A DNA stretch of 34,376 nucleotides from an uncultured bacterium (GTDB lineage Bacteria > Bacteroidota > Bacteroidia > B-17B0 > Aurantibacillaceae). The notes below the pieces were generated by a model. The model saw only the letters and a program-made list of their open reading frames with translations, had not been told where the DNA came from and ran no database searches. The DNA lies in the NCBI GenBank assembly GCA_966211935.1, contig CBIHPU010000001.1, forward strand, positions 1 through 34,376, in the 5' to 3' direction. Position numbers and translations under genes: made by a program. Position 1 is the first letter of the stretch; each line of letters begins with the position of its first letter. Below are positions 10,601 to 17,912 of this stretch, one piece after another.

Positions 10601-10625
10601 GGGCGACGTTACGCTAATCAGATAG
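4692..10625 (+). CDS. Giant cell-surface adhesin-like protein (1977 aa): SprB-type repeats + PKD-like domains + T9SS type B C-terminal sorting domain
   Basis: N-terminal signal-like segment LKTAALVFFLQFLLYSNPLSSQ. About 16 units of the pattern CxGxxNGSA..GGTxPYxYxWSPxGG....GLxAGxYTVTVTDANGC. Two PKD-like units (WLWNFGNGNTSTQQNPSYTFNSAGVFNITL; YIWDFGDGSSSVSTNATHLYSAPGTYTVQL). The C-terminus FPNAFTPDPGG...LLIFNRWGELIFES...GWNGYYRGE...VYIWKAEV...VGDVTLIR is the gliding-motility-associated / T9SS type B sorting domain. Confidence 0.9.
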   Translation: MRLSILKTAALVFFLQFLLYSNPLSSQCGPNTPVFTVNLTGVPDSAWISPTIQRNDTCCGATAPDVCIKFVITLDPGAVGINFNIASGAVPGGALFYQINCGPPVQAGQPICLNGPGPHVLTFCKPGNNQNTYAITSIPGPTASPNIIVNDGCIGTISSTGFDPSTVSWTSIFPGAPGAYNNYLSCATCTTTQVTAQVGYPPFVDYVICGIADAACQTNQICDTVRVTFNPTLFANIAPQQPAVCFGQTNAVITANGTGGTPPYNYNWNTGATTQSISVGAGTYLVIIGDASGCPPTTDTVVVTSFTNPITANAGADIYVCGTANPNAALNGSVTGVTTGIWSGGAGNFSPSSTNLNATYIPTSTEISNGFIDLYLTTTNNGPCPGDIDTVRVFFTNFSGTIVPTVTPPDCNGGTNGSVSISVTGPYSPFTATWQTNPVQTGLTANNLSAGVYTYTVTNSLGCTTTQTVTVTEPPGLNSVMSITNVNCAGTSTGSATVTPSGGTPGYSYSWTSGGGSAANISGVPAGSYTVTITDSKGCTIQDTAILTQPPVLNVSIVGNSPTCAGLSNGTVSAIVTGGVPGYIYNWVGNGSTSSFASGLIAGSYTVNVTDAAGCLTQAAVTLVDPPPLTLTVSKTNETCDYADNGTATANVAGGTPNYTYLWQPGGFSTQSISSVTAGSYTVTVTDAKGCQILTVFSISQPGPLVATIPNMTNVTCNGAANGSASAAVTGGTPLYNYSWNPAPASGQGTSGASGMAAGNYTLTVFDAQGCVTTQTVTITEPAPLTTTLSIINVNCNGTNSGSITPGSTGGTSPYSYMMFPGNVVGTTFPNLASGTYTVQTTDANGCTIQTTGSVTQPAQIIVNSSSTNSTCGNANGSASIVLGGGVGPYSITWLPTGGNATTASNLLSGSYTVTVTDALGCDDIEIVVVQDNGAPTTNISSTTNVACFGGNTGSATVSALGGAPPYTYQWSPTGGTGATANGLTAGVYIVTVTDANGCQSQAITSPPITEPPPLALTLSQSAVSCNGGSNGSASSIVSGGTPNYTYLWSPGGSTRSTANGLSAGFFTLIVTDANGCPISSNITVTEPLALSASIAATSSVSCFGGNNGSASVTANNGTPPYSYSWSPTGGGTPIASGLSAGSYTCIVTDSKGCTFSVSTAITQPTSPLFATVSNTQVSCFGGSDGTATANPSGGTSGYNYSWTPSGSVSQTATGLTQGVHYVTVTDANGCVYTAATIVYQPSALSISVSTVNSTCGNANGIAYASVSGGTPGYSYVWSPIGGAGSNATGLLAGSYTLTVTDSKNCISTFPFTLSNTAGPSITANVVSHVTCFGGNNGAASAGITGGTGPFQFAWSPSGSSSLNASSLFAGTHTVIVYDNNSCSDTATVVVNQPTQLTATVSVVSNVSCFGSNNGSLSASVSGGSGPYNFSWSPAGGNAAIASNLFTGSYTVTVTDANSCVTQASGSISQPSQLSASISASANPSCFGYQNGWMSAGSSGGTVPYTYSWSTTPAQSGNTATSLAAGGYTVTVTDANGCSAQANGVLIQPSQVITSAGNGMILCNGSSTNITASASGGSGNYTYYWNPGNFTGSSPSVSPSSTTQYTVAAYDANGCPGSSDTLSVTVYTLNSGNLIVTAFSPICPGTSTVVYAQVNGTPGPLTYFWNNGLGSGPGGFTVTPTNPTTYICTVTNSCGVTISDSVTVTFNPPPNVALTSSPGVGCVPLTVQFLDQSSGLQNDPINSWLWNFGNGNTSTQQNPSYTFNSAGVFNITLTVGTIGGCSNSNATAPYTVTVYAVPVAAFNVNTDQLDLPYDPLVTTNLSTGATNYIWDFGDGSSSVSTNATHLYSAPGTYTVQLIAINSVGCSDTTTKTVEAITDIIFPNAFTPDPGGANDGSYSYNDYSNNVFYPFTAGVEKYRLLIFNRWGELIFESTDVKTGWNGYYRGEICQEDVYIWKAEVKFVGGRTFNKVGDVTLIR
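5922..9345 (+). repeat. Tandem in-frame coding repeat array: 15 consecutive units of about 228 nt (about 76 aa, SprB-type), inside the adhesin CDS
   Basis: The units start at successive Cys codons (CNGGTNGS, CAGTSTGS, CAGLSNGT, CDYADNGT, CNGAANGS, CNGTNSGS, CGNANGSA, CFGGNTGS, CNGGSNGS, CFGGNNGS, CFGGSDGT, CGNANGIA, CFGGNNGA, CFGSNNGS, CFGYQNGW). (9345-5922)/15 is about 228 nt. One further isolated copy starts near 5424 (VCFGQTNAV...). The copies have diverged at synonymous sites, and I saw no long perfect DNA repeats. Confidence 0.85.
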
Positions 10626-10627
10626 GT

Positions 10628-12181
10628 ATGAACAGACGGCTAATATATTTAACTCTTACACTCTTGTTGCTTTCAGGCACTTGTTTGCTTGAGGCACAAA
10701 CCATGTCTAAAAGAACAATCAGAAAGACAACTGTAAAAGCAGAAAATCTGTTTGACAAGGGTGAATATTTCAAGTCTTTGCAACTGTGGGAAAAACTGCT
10801 TGCAGCAGACTCGATGAACGCATATTATAATTATCATGCAGGACTGTGCAAATACAATATCCGCCGTTACCGATCCAGCAGTCTTTCCAATTTCCTTCGT
10901 GCCTACAACAAGATCAATCACGACGTGCATTATTACCTGGGCAGAGTATATCACATCAATGAAAAACTTGAGCTGGCCCTAAAGGAATATAATTTGTATC
11001 TGCAGGCTAAAGGACAAAAAACTATTGAAGAAAGCGAAGTCAGGCGACAAATAAATAAAGTAATGCAGGCGCAGCGTATGATTGCGCAACCGACAAAGGC
11101 TGAACTTTCCAATCTAGGGACCAGTATAAACAGCGAGTACCCTGATTACGTTCCGTTAATCTCAGCGGATGGAAAAATATTATTTTTCACTTCCAGAAGA
11201 CCAGGCTCTACGGGCAACGAAGTAAATCCATACGGTGAATTTTACGAAGATATTTATCAGGCCAACATGGAAGACGGAAAATGGCAGAACGCAAAAAACC
11301 TGGCCGCGCCTGTAAACAGTAATAGTCATGATGCATGCGTGGGATTAACGCCGGAAGGACAAACGCTTTTAATTTATCGTACAAGCAAATCTCTTGTTGC
11401 AGGAGATATTTACAGCAGCGCTTTTGACGGAGCCAGCTGGACAGCGCCTAATTTAATAAGCGCGATAAACACGGAAGAATATCTGGAACCCAGCGCCTGT
11501 TATTCTCCGGATGGCAACACCATTTATTTTTCAAGCAACAGACCGGGTGGTTATGGCGGAAAGGATATTTATAAGGTTACAAAACTCCCCAACGGAAAAT
11601 GGAGCCTGCCGAGCAATCTGGGACCAAATATTAATACTCCTTATGAAGAAGACGCGCCATTCATCCATCCGGATGGAAAACGTTTATACTTCAGTTCAAC
11701 CGGGCTACAGGAAAACATGGGTGGTTACGATGTTTATTTTTCTGAAATGGATTCTGTTTCTGCCTGGGGCAAAGCTAAAAACATGGGCTATCCTCTCAAT
11801 ACAGTTGACGATGATATTTACTTTGTAGTTACAGGCGATGGCGGTACCGGATTTATTTCTTCTGACAGGGCGGGTGGTTCAGGAGAAACAGATATCTATA
11901 AAGTTGTTCTGAATGACGAAGACATACAATACGAAGTGCGATCAGGTTATATTCGTAATGAACAGAAAGAGCCGATTGACGCTAAAATAACCCTCATAGA
12001 TAATGCCACAAATAATATAACCGGTATTTTCAAAACCAATCACCATACAGGCAAATTCATTTTATTGGCTGTTCCAAACCGGGAATATACGATACTGGTC
12101 GAATCGACGGGTTATCACAGCGAATCTGTCCATTTTTACAACAACCAAACGGATTTTGAAATAACTTTAAGGAAAGAATGA
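10628..12181 (+). CDS. Secreted TPR + PD40 (TolB-like WD40 beta-propeller) repeat protein with a carboxypeptidase-regulatory-like C-terminal domain
   Basis: Starts 3 nt after the adhesin stop. Signal peptide LTLTLLLLSGTCLLEAQ. PD40-type repeats (YVPLISADGKILFFTSRRPGS; GLTPEGQTLLIYRTS; CYSPDGNTIYFSSNRPGGYGGKDIY; FIHPDGKRLYFSSTG..GGYDVYF; GDGGTGFISSDRAGGSGETDIYKV). The C-terminal ITLIDNATNNITGIFKTNHHTGKFILLAVPNREYTILVESTGY is CarboxypepD_reg-like. Confidence 0.75.
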   Translation: MNRRLIYLTLTLLLLSGTCLLEAQTMSKRTIRKTTVKAENLFDKGEYFKSLQLWEKLLAADSMNAYYNYHAGLCKYNIRRYRSSSLSNFLRAYNKINHDVHYYLGRVYHINEKLELALKEYNLYLQAKGQKTIEESEVRRQINKVMQAQRMIAQPTKAELSNLGTSINSEYPDYVPLISADGKILFFTSRRPGSTGNEVNPYGEFYEDIYQANMEDGKWQNAKNLAAPVNSNSHDACVGLTPEGQTLLIYRTSKSLVAGDIYSSAFDGASWTAPNLISAINTEEYLEPSACYSPDGNTIYFSSNRPGGYGGKDIYKVTKLPNGKWSLPSNLGPNINTPYEEDAPFIHPDGKRLYFSSTGLQENMGGYDVYFSEMDSVSAWGKAKNMGYPLNTVDDDIYFVVTGDGGTGFISSDRAGGSGETDIYKVVLNDEDIQYEVRSGYIRNEQKEPIDAKITLIDNATNNITGIFKTNHHTGKFILLAVPNREYTILVESTGYHSESVHFYNNQTDFEITLRKE

Positions 12182-13182
12182 GGATAAGAGTTACATATAC
12201 ATTTTTAATAGTGATACTTTGCGGAATGCTTGGAGCCCAGGATATACAGTTTTCTCAATATTATTCAGCTCCTTTATTTCTCAATCCTGCTTTTACAGGC
12301 GCTAACGTGTGTTACCGGATGTCCGGAAACGTTCGCAGTCAATGGCCAGGAACTGGTAAGGGTTACGTTTCTGAAATATTCTCACTTGATCACTTTGACG
12401 TACAGCACAACATGGGTTACGGAGGATACATAACCAATGATGTTGCAGGCGCCGGCGCTTTGCATACGCTTTCTGTTGACGGTTCATTTGCTTACGAGGC
12501 AATGATCAGTCGCCGGTTTGCAGTAAGATTTGGAGTGCAGGCAGGAATAACTACAAAGAGCGTTGACCTAAGTAAATTAATATTTGCGGATCAGCTTGCC
12601 AGAGGTGGCGCTGATATCCCTACGCTTGAAAGTGTCAATCCACGCGTTACTTTTCCTAATTTCCATTCTGGATTACTGGGATATGGAAAAGATTACTGGG
12701 TGGGATTCTCTATCCGCCATCTGTTTTCTCCTGAAGAATCACTGTTAGGATCATCGTCTGTTTTACCAAGAAAGATATCTCTGCACGGTGGTAAAAAGTT
12801 TTTCCTGAACGGAGATGATGACAAACCTGAAGGACCTGATACATGGACCATCATGCCGACATTTAATTACAAGCACCAGGCAAAATTCGACCAGCTTGAC
12901 ATTGGATGTTATCTCGCGAAAGATAAGATCACTTTTGGCTTCTGGTATCGGGGTATCCCAGGTTTTAAAGCATACAAAGCCGGTTATCCAAACAACGACG
13001 CCGTTGTACTGTTAATTGGAATGAACGCAGACAAACTTCACATCGGATATTCTTATGACATTACAACTTCATGGCTGACAATGAAAAGTATGGGTGCACA
13101 CGAGCTAAGCATTTCTTATCAGCCGTGTAAACTGAAAGGAAAGAAGAAAAAATCCATCGTGATATCCTGTCCTAAATTCTGA
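12178..13182 (+). CDS. T9SS outer-membrane protein of the PorP/SprF family
   Basis: ATGA start/stop overlap with the upstream gene (12178-12181). Hallmark N-terminus after the signal peptide: AQDIQFSQYYSAPLFLNPAFTGAN...VRSQWPG. The length (334 aa) and beta-rich sequence are typical of the family. Confidence 0.85.
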   Translation: MRIRVTYTFLIVILCGMLGAQDIQFSQYYSAPLFLNPAFTGANVCYRMSGNVRSQWPGTGKGYVSEIFSLDHFDVQHNMGYGGYITNDVAGAGALHTLSVDGSFAYEAMISRRFAVRFGVQAGITTKSVDLSKLIFADQLARGGADIPTLESVNPRVTFPNFHSGLLGYGKDYWVGFSIRHLFSPEESLLGSSSVLPRKISLHGGKKFFLNGDDDKPEGPDTWTIMPTFNYKHQAKFDQLDIGCYLAKDKITFGFWYRGIPGFKAYKAGYPNNDAVVLLIGMNADKLHIGYSYDITTSWLTMKSMGAHELSISYQPCKLKGKKKKSIVISCPKF

Positions 13183-13190
13183 GGTGTAAA

Positions 13191-14492
13191 ATGCACCTGC
13201 GTGTTATTTTTCTTTTTTTATTATTTCAATCATTCAGTCTTTTTGGAATTCATTCTGATGAGCTGGCACTTGAAGAAAAACTCAAAACAATTTCCGGAAT
13301 AAGCTTTAGTAAAGTATCCAAACAAGGCGATACGGAGCTTCTATATAATCTACTGATCAAACAACCCATAGATCATCTTGATCCCGCAAAAGGTTCTTTT
13401 CTGCAACGCGTGCAGCTTCGCCATAAAGGATTTGACCAGCCTACAGTAATTGAAACGCAAGGCTACTGGATCGATTACGACAGAAATGAAATTGAAAAAA
13501 TATTCAATGCTAATAACCTGAACGTTGAATATCGATTCTATGGCGGATCAAAACCTGATTCAATTTTCTGGTCATTTCTCACGCTGGAACAAGCCGCTGC
13601 CGACCTTCATCACATCAACGGGATCTTTCGCACAATTTATAATGGAAAATGGATAAGTACAGGAGCCAGCAAAGGCGGACAGACAACGATTTTCTATAAA
13701 TATTTTTATCCTGCGGATGTTGATCTGGCAATACCTTATGTCGCTCCCATCAACAACAGCCTGGAAGATAAACGCATTTATGATTTTCTTGATTCGGTGG
13801 GTACCGATGAATGCAGAAATAAAATTTTTCAGCTGCAATATTTTTTACTGCGTAACGAAGATAAAGCCATTTCAGAATTGCAACAGGATAAAAAAATAAA
13901 ATCAATGCGTTTTGAATATCTCGGTAATATTGGAAAAGCATATGAACTTGCCGTTCTTGAATATTCCTTCGCGTTCTGGCAGGAAGGTAATTCCTGCGAT
14001 GCTATTCCGGACACAGGCTCATTAGAAAAATGTCTGAAGTATTTTAAAAAACAATGTCCCATTGTTTTCTGGTCGGATAATAGCATTAACAAATTTGCTC
14101 CGCACTATTATCAAAGCGCAACACAAACAGGATACTATTCATATAACATTACGCCATTTAAAAATGTTATTCGCCACTATTCTGAAAATCCTTCAGCTAT
14201 TTTTCCTCCTAAGGGAGTTGAAATAAAATATTCCGACTGTAGTCTTTCAAAATCATTACAACTCTGGCTGGAAGAAAAAGGAAATGATTTTATTTATATC
14301 TACGGAGGAAGAGATACGTGGTCGGCGTGCAGGGTGCTCGTTTCTCCAAACGTCGACTCTAAATCGTTTTTGCTTTCAGGAGAAAGTCACAGTACTGCGT
14401 GCCTGAAGAATTTCACGAAAGAAATGAAACAACAGTTCTCTGAATTTGTAAAATCCAAAACAGGAATTACGCCGGATTTTAATCAACTGTAA
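13191..14492 (+). CDS. Secreted alpha/beta-hydrolase serine peptidase, S37 (PS-10/tripeptidyl aminopeptidase)-like
   Basis: Starts 8 nt after the PorP/SprF gene. Signal peptide LRVIFLFLLFQSFSLFG. FLQRVQLRHKGFDQPTVIETQGY...NVEYRFYGGSKP...LTLEQAAADLHHI...KWISTGASKGGQTTIFYKYFYPADVDLAIPYVAPIN, with a GxSxG nucleophile elbow (GASKG). This matches my memory of the S37 family. The S28 family is an alternative. Confidence 0.6.
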   Translation: MHLRVIFLFLLFQSFSLFGIHSDELALEEKLKTISGISFSKVSKQGDTELLYNLLIKQPIDHLDPAKGSFLQRVQLRHKGFDQPTVIETQGYWIDYDRNEIEKIFNANNLNVEYRFYGGSKPDSIFWSFLTLEQAAADLHHINGIFRTIYNGKWISTGASKGGQTTIFYKYFYPADVDLAIPYVAPINNSLEDKRIYDFLDSVGTDECRNKIFQLQYFLLRNEDKAISELQQDKKIKSMRFEYLGNIGKAYELAVLEYSFAFWQEGNSCDAIPDTGSLEKCLKYFKKQCPIVFWSDNSINKFAPHYYQSATQTGYYSYNITPFKNVIRHYSENPSAIFPPKGVEIKYSDCSLSKSLQLWLEEKGNDFIYIYGGRDTWSACRVLVSPNVDSKSFLLSGESHSTACLKNFTKEMKQQFSEFVKSKTGITPDFNQL

Positions 14493-14523
14493 TTTTTGCT
14501 TTGAGACAAACTGTAAAGAGGAA

Positions 14524-15195
14524 CTACGACTTTCTCCTGAACAAACAATATTTTACCCGCTCTCCTTTTTCAGTGAACATTTTCTCGTAATACGTTTTTA
14601 TCCGCGTGAGTTCCTCTCTTCCTTCCGGAACATTATTATATAGATCATTCGTTGAGAAAATTTCTTCAAGACCAAAAGCGTGAAAACTTTCAAGTGTAAA
14701 TTCGTAGAAACCGGTATTGTCAGTTTTCAAATGAATAAGTCCGCCGGGCTTTAAGAACTGCATGTAGCGCCCCAAAAAAAGATGATTGGTGAGTCGCTTT
14801 CTTTCTCGTCCCTGGAGCGGTTGCGGATCGGGAAAAGTGATCCATATTTCATCTACTTCGTTCTCTCCAAAACTACTTTCAATAAAATCTATACGCGTAC
14901 GCACAAAAGCTACGTTCTGCATCTTATGATCTGTGGCATACCTTGCTCCTGTCCAGATGCGAGCGCCTTTGATGTCAACTCCAATGAAATTTTTATCCGG
15001 ATTCTTTTCCGCCAGGCCAACTGTATACTCTCCTCTTCCACAACCAAGTTCTACTGTAATCGGATTATTGTTTTTAAAAAAATCTTCCCGCCATTTTCCT
15101 TTTAAAGGCAAACCTGGTACTTTCTGTTCGAACGGTAAATAAAAACAATTTGAAAAACTCTCTACTTCAGCAAATTTCTGCAACTTCCCCGGCAT
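14524..15195 (-). CDS. trmB: tRNA (guanine-N7)-methyltransferase
   Basis: 223 aa. SAM-binding motif VELGCGRGEYTVGLAEKNPDKNFIGVDIKG, ITFPDPQP and LKPGGLIHLKTDN are all typical of TrmB. Confidence 0.9.
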   Translation of the reverse strand: MPGKLQKFAEVESFSNCFYLPFEQKVPGLPLKGKWREDFFKNNNPITVELGCGRGEYTVGLAEKNPDKNFIGVDIKGARIWTGARYATDHKMQNVAFVRTRIDFIESSFGENEVDEIWITFPDPQPLQGRERKRLTNHLFLGRYMQFLKPGGLIHLKTDNTGFYEFTLESFHAFGLEEIFSTNDLYNNVPEGREELTRIKTYYEKMFTEKGERVKYCLFRRKS

Positions 15196-15196
15196 C

Positions 15197-15763
15197 TCAA
15201 TTTCTTTTTTCTTTTAATACATTTTTTATTTCTGTCAATTCATTACGAATCTCTGTGAGCAATTGTTCAACTCCTGAATTACTTTTTTCAGTTGCCGTTA
15301 CTGCTTGAACACCTCTGTCTTTTTCCCGCATTCTTTTTTCACGTTGCGCAAGGATCATCAGCTTAAACTCCTCCGCATTATCAATGCCGATCATACTCAT
15401 CATATTGGCGTTGTGCGCTCCTCCTCCTCCTGCCGTTTCAACGCGGATCATAGTTAACCCGAAAGCTCTTAAAACAGGTCCGCCAAAAAAAGAAAGATCC
15501 TGAATATTCTCCAGCGGAATTGTCTTTTCAATATGAAAAACAATGCCTTTGGCAAAGCGGAGATTTTTTTCAGTAAGCTCACACTTTAGCGTGTTATAAA
15601 ATTTTTTACTAAGGAACTGACCTAAGCCAAGAAGCCAGAAAGGCACCATGATCAATCCTATAAATGACACAACAAGATAAAATAACACAACAAGAAAAAT
15701 ATATGTTTTCACTTTCGGATTAAAAGTGGCCACCCTTAAGATTTTATTTTCCGTTTCAGTCAT
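15197..15763 (-). CDS. Membrane-anchored bacterial PH domain protein (bPH_2, YdbS/YdbT-like)
   Basis: 188 aa. Two TM helices (TYIFLVVLFYLVVSFIGLIMVPFWLLGLGQFL) are followed by FAKGIVFHIEKTIPLENIQDLSFFGGPVLRAFGLTMIRVETAGGG, which is typical of bPH_2. The stop lies 1 nt upstream of the trmB start codon. Confidence 0.7.
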   Translation of the reverse strand: MTETENKILRVATFNPKVKTYIFLVVLFYLVVSFIGLIMVPFWLLGLGQFLSKKFYNTLKCELTEKNLRFAKGIVFHIEKTIPLENIQDLSFFGGPVLRAFGLTMIRVETAGGGGAHNANMMSMIGIDNAEEFKLMILAQREKRMREKDRGVQAVTATEKSNSGVEQLLTEIRNELTEIKNVLKEKRN

Positions 15764-15804
15764 TTGAGGTTACAAAATTAGACATATTTCAGTATTGATG
15801 TAAA

Positions 15805-15840
15805 AGAAAAAACCGGCAGCGAAAGCATACCGGTTTTCTT
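15805..15840 (-). terminator. Possible intrinsic terminator after the lipoprotein gene
   Basis: AACCGG (15811-15816) pairs with CCGGTT (15830-15835), with an inner GC-GAAA-GC mini-stem. T-rich runs flank it on both strands. This is weaker than the other terminators listed. Confidence 0.4.
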
Positions 15841-15858
15841 AGAAACAGAAATTAACCC

Positions 15859-17019
15859 TTAAAATCTTGCATAGTGCACAACCGCGCCTTTGTGAATGAG
15901 CTTGTATATCCCTTCTTTTTCCTGCTCGCTTTTATATTCGTTTGATACGTCCTGAAAATATTTCTCAGGCTGACTTTTTTTATGTTTTTCCTTTGCACCT
16001 CCCTCGGTTGAGATGGCTTCAGTAACATAAGAGTGCACAAGTCCCTTATATTCCTTGCGAAACAATTCCGGGTTGCAGAAAATATCGCAGGTCATTACAT
16101 TGTTATTCTTATCAGCCACAACAACGCCAATTATTTTACCTTGTTTGTTAAACGCGTTCTCAAATATGTTCAGGTATTGCTGGCGCACGTCCGTAAATTG
16201 TTTTGATTTTTCAAGCGCGTTGTAAGAGTTAGTTGAAGAGCTGGCAGAATTAGCTGCTGTAACTTCCGACACCCTGCCCCACACTGCCGCCTGATCTTTT
16301 TTCTGTGTTACGATCTCACGAATACTGCTGGAAGCGAAATTATTTACAAAACCAAACTGCGTTGAATTATTGTAATATCCGCTGTGTGTCCAGCGATTGG
16401 ACTCAACACAAAAAACAGGCAGGTTCACTTTTCCTGAATGTGGCTTCAAAAGCATATCAACCGCCACTACTCTGTCCTGGTCACCACCCTGCACTAATTC
16501 ACCCGCCATTACAAGAACTGTATCATCTCCTTTATTTTCAATTGATAGCGAATTCACAGAAGGTCCATCATGAGACTCATTTGGTGCGCCATTGTTTGAA
16601 AAAGCTGCCGGCGGCGTGCTGTTCAAAACCGTTCCGTTCAATAAAGAATTATTCCTGTTATAATTGCGGCGCTGCTCTCTCGTATTTTGTCTGTGAGACG
16701 CAAGCGCCGGATCGCCTTCATGCTCAGAAACAACTACAGCTCCCGACTCAACACTTTCCTTAAGTGTTTTGTAACTGCTTCCCATCCCACCGTGGCTGGC
16801 CAAAAATTCATTGCTCGCATAAACAGGATAAATTACGAGATTTCCAAAGGCAACTTTATCGTTCAGGGATAGTTCGAACCCTCCGTTAACAGGATTGGAA
16901 AAACCGGACTCTGTTACCTCAACTATTTGCTCGTTTGTTCCTCTGCGGCTCTCAATATCTTCATCGCAGGAAGCAAAAAAGAAAGCGGCGGCTGCAAGAG
17001 GGAAAATTAATTTTTTCAT
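15859..17019 (-). CDS. Lipoprotein of unknown function (possibly DUF6569/ARPP-1-like) with a low-complexity N/S/R-rich insertion
   Basis: 386 aa. Lipobox MKKLIFPLAAAAFFFASC. Conserved-looking blocks NLVIYPVYA, LSIENKGDDTVLVMAGELVQGGDQDRVV, NLPVFCVESNRWTH, QAAVWGRV and IIGVVVADKNNNVMTCDIFCNPELFRKEYKGLVHSYVTEA. The insertion is HRQNTREQRRNYNRNNSLLNGTVLNSTPPAAFSNNGAPNESHDGPS. The family name is a recollection and has not been verified. Confidence 0.6.
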   Translation of the reverse strand: MKKLIFPLAAAAFFFASCDEDIESRRGTNEQIVEVTESGFSNPVNGGFELSLNDKVAFGNLVIYPVYASNEFLASHGGMGSSYKTLKESVESGAVVVSEHEGDPALASHRQNTREQRRNYNRNNSLLNGTVLNSTPPAAFSNNGAPNESHDGPSVNSLSIENKGDDTVLVMAGELVQGGDQDRVVAVDMLLKPHSGKVNLPVFCVESNRWTHSGYYNNSTQFGFVNNFASSSIREIVTQKKDQAAVWGRVSEVTAANSASSSTNSYNALEKSKQFTDVRQQYLNIFENAFNKQGKIIGVVVADKNNNVMTCDIFCNPELFRKEYKGLVHSYVTEAISTEGGAKEKHKKSQPEKYFQDVSNEYKSEQEKEGIYKLIHKGAVVHYARF

Positions 17020-17144
17020 GTTATAAATTTTAAAAGGAGCTCGAATTGAGCGAAAGTTAAACCCTTTCCGTCAGGTAGCAAGTACAGGCGCTAAGTTGTT
17101 AAACCCGTTTAACCTTTTTTCACCGAATTAACACGAATAGAATA

Positions 17145-17912
17145 CTACTGATCGAATTCATACTGTGTATAATCCGCCAAAACCGTGTTTATAAAGTTCT
17201 CTGCAGTCATGTTAACCACCCCGAGTCCCATTTGCTCCCGCACCTTGTTTGCCAATTTTATCAGCGCGTCATAATCACGCGAATTTCTGCAGTGCTGATA
17301 AACTTCTTTAATTATGGCGATATCCCTGTCAGAAAGCTTGTTCACTTCCCTGAAAGTTAACTTGTAACCGGGAATGGCTTTATATAAAATGGTTTGATGT
17401 AATGAAGCGCGTGGGGTCAGTTTTATAACGGTAGTTCCGGCAGCCATATCTCCCAATCGCTGTGAGTTTTTGGTGGACATTGTACTGATCATTGCCGGCA
17501 GGGGAATGCCGAAGGCAAAAAGCAACTCTCCGAGAAAGTCAAGAATTCTTAACATCCATCTCATGAGGCAAGCTCCAATTGACGGCTGCGTTCCGTCCAG
17601 CTTGATCACTTTTATGTTCATCACTTTTTTTCCAATAGACTGACCGTTAAAAAAAGCTTCAGCAAGAAAATGATAAAAGATAGCGGGCAATGCCAGGATG
17701 GTTCCTACCACTACCGCAACAACATAAGATGTTTCTTCAAAAGAATTGGCGCCGCTCGCAATAGCCATTATAACAACCCAAACCAACAAATAATAAACTA
17801 CTATAACCAGCCTGTCAAGCACATAGGCCAGCGCGCGCTCAAAAATACCTGCCGGCTCGTAACTAACCAGTACATTCTGCGTTGTGTTAACCTCTATATT
17901 ATCGTAATCCAT
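17145..17912 (-). CDS. RDD family membrane protein with a C-terminal soluble extension
   Basis: 255 aa. FERALAYVLDRLVIVVYYLLVWVVIMAI..., GQSIGKKVMNIKVI and QRLGDMAAGTTVIK are typical RDD-domain features. It is divergent from the operon that starts at 18032. Confidence 0.75.
   Translation of the reverse strand: MDYDNIEVNTTQNVLVSYEPAGIFERALAYVLDRLVIVVYYLLVWVVIMAIASGANSFEETSYVVAVVVGTILALPAIFYHFLAEAFFNGQSIGKKVMNIKVIKLDGTQPSIGACLMRWMLRILDFLGELLFAFGIPLPAMISTMSTKNSQRLGDMAAGTTVIKLTPRASLHQTILYKAIPGYKLTFREVNKLSDRDIAIIKEVYQHCRNSRDYDALIKLANKVREQMGLGVVNMTAENFINTVLADYTQYEFDQ

Noticed and set aside
16305-16763. 152-aa + strand ORF
   Set aside because: It is antisense to the lipoprotein gene, which has a lipobox and conserved blocks. 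Its composition looks random.
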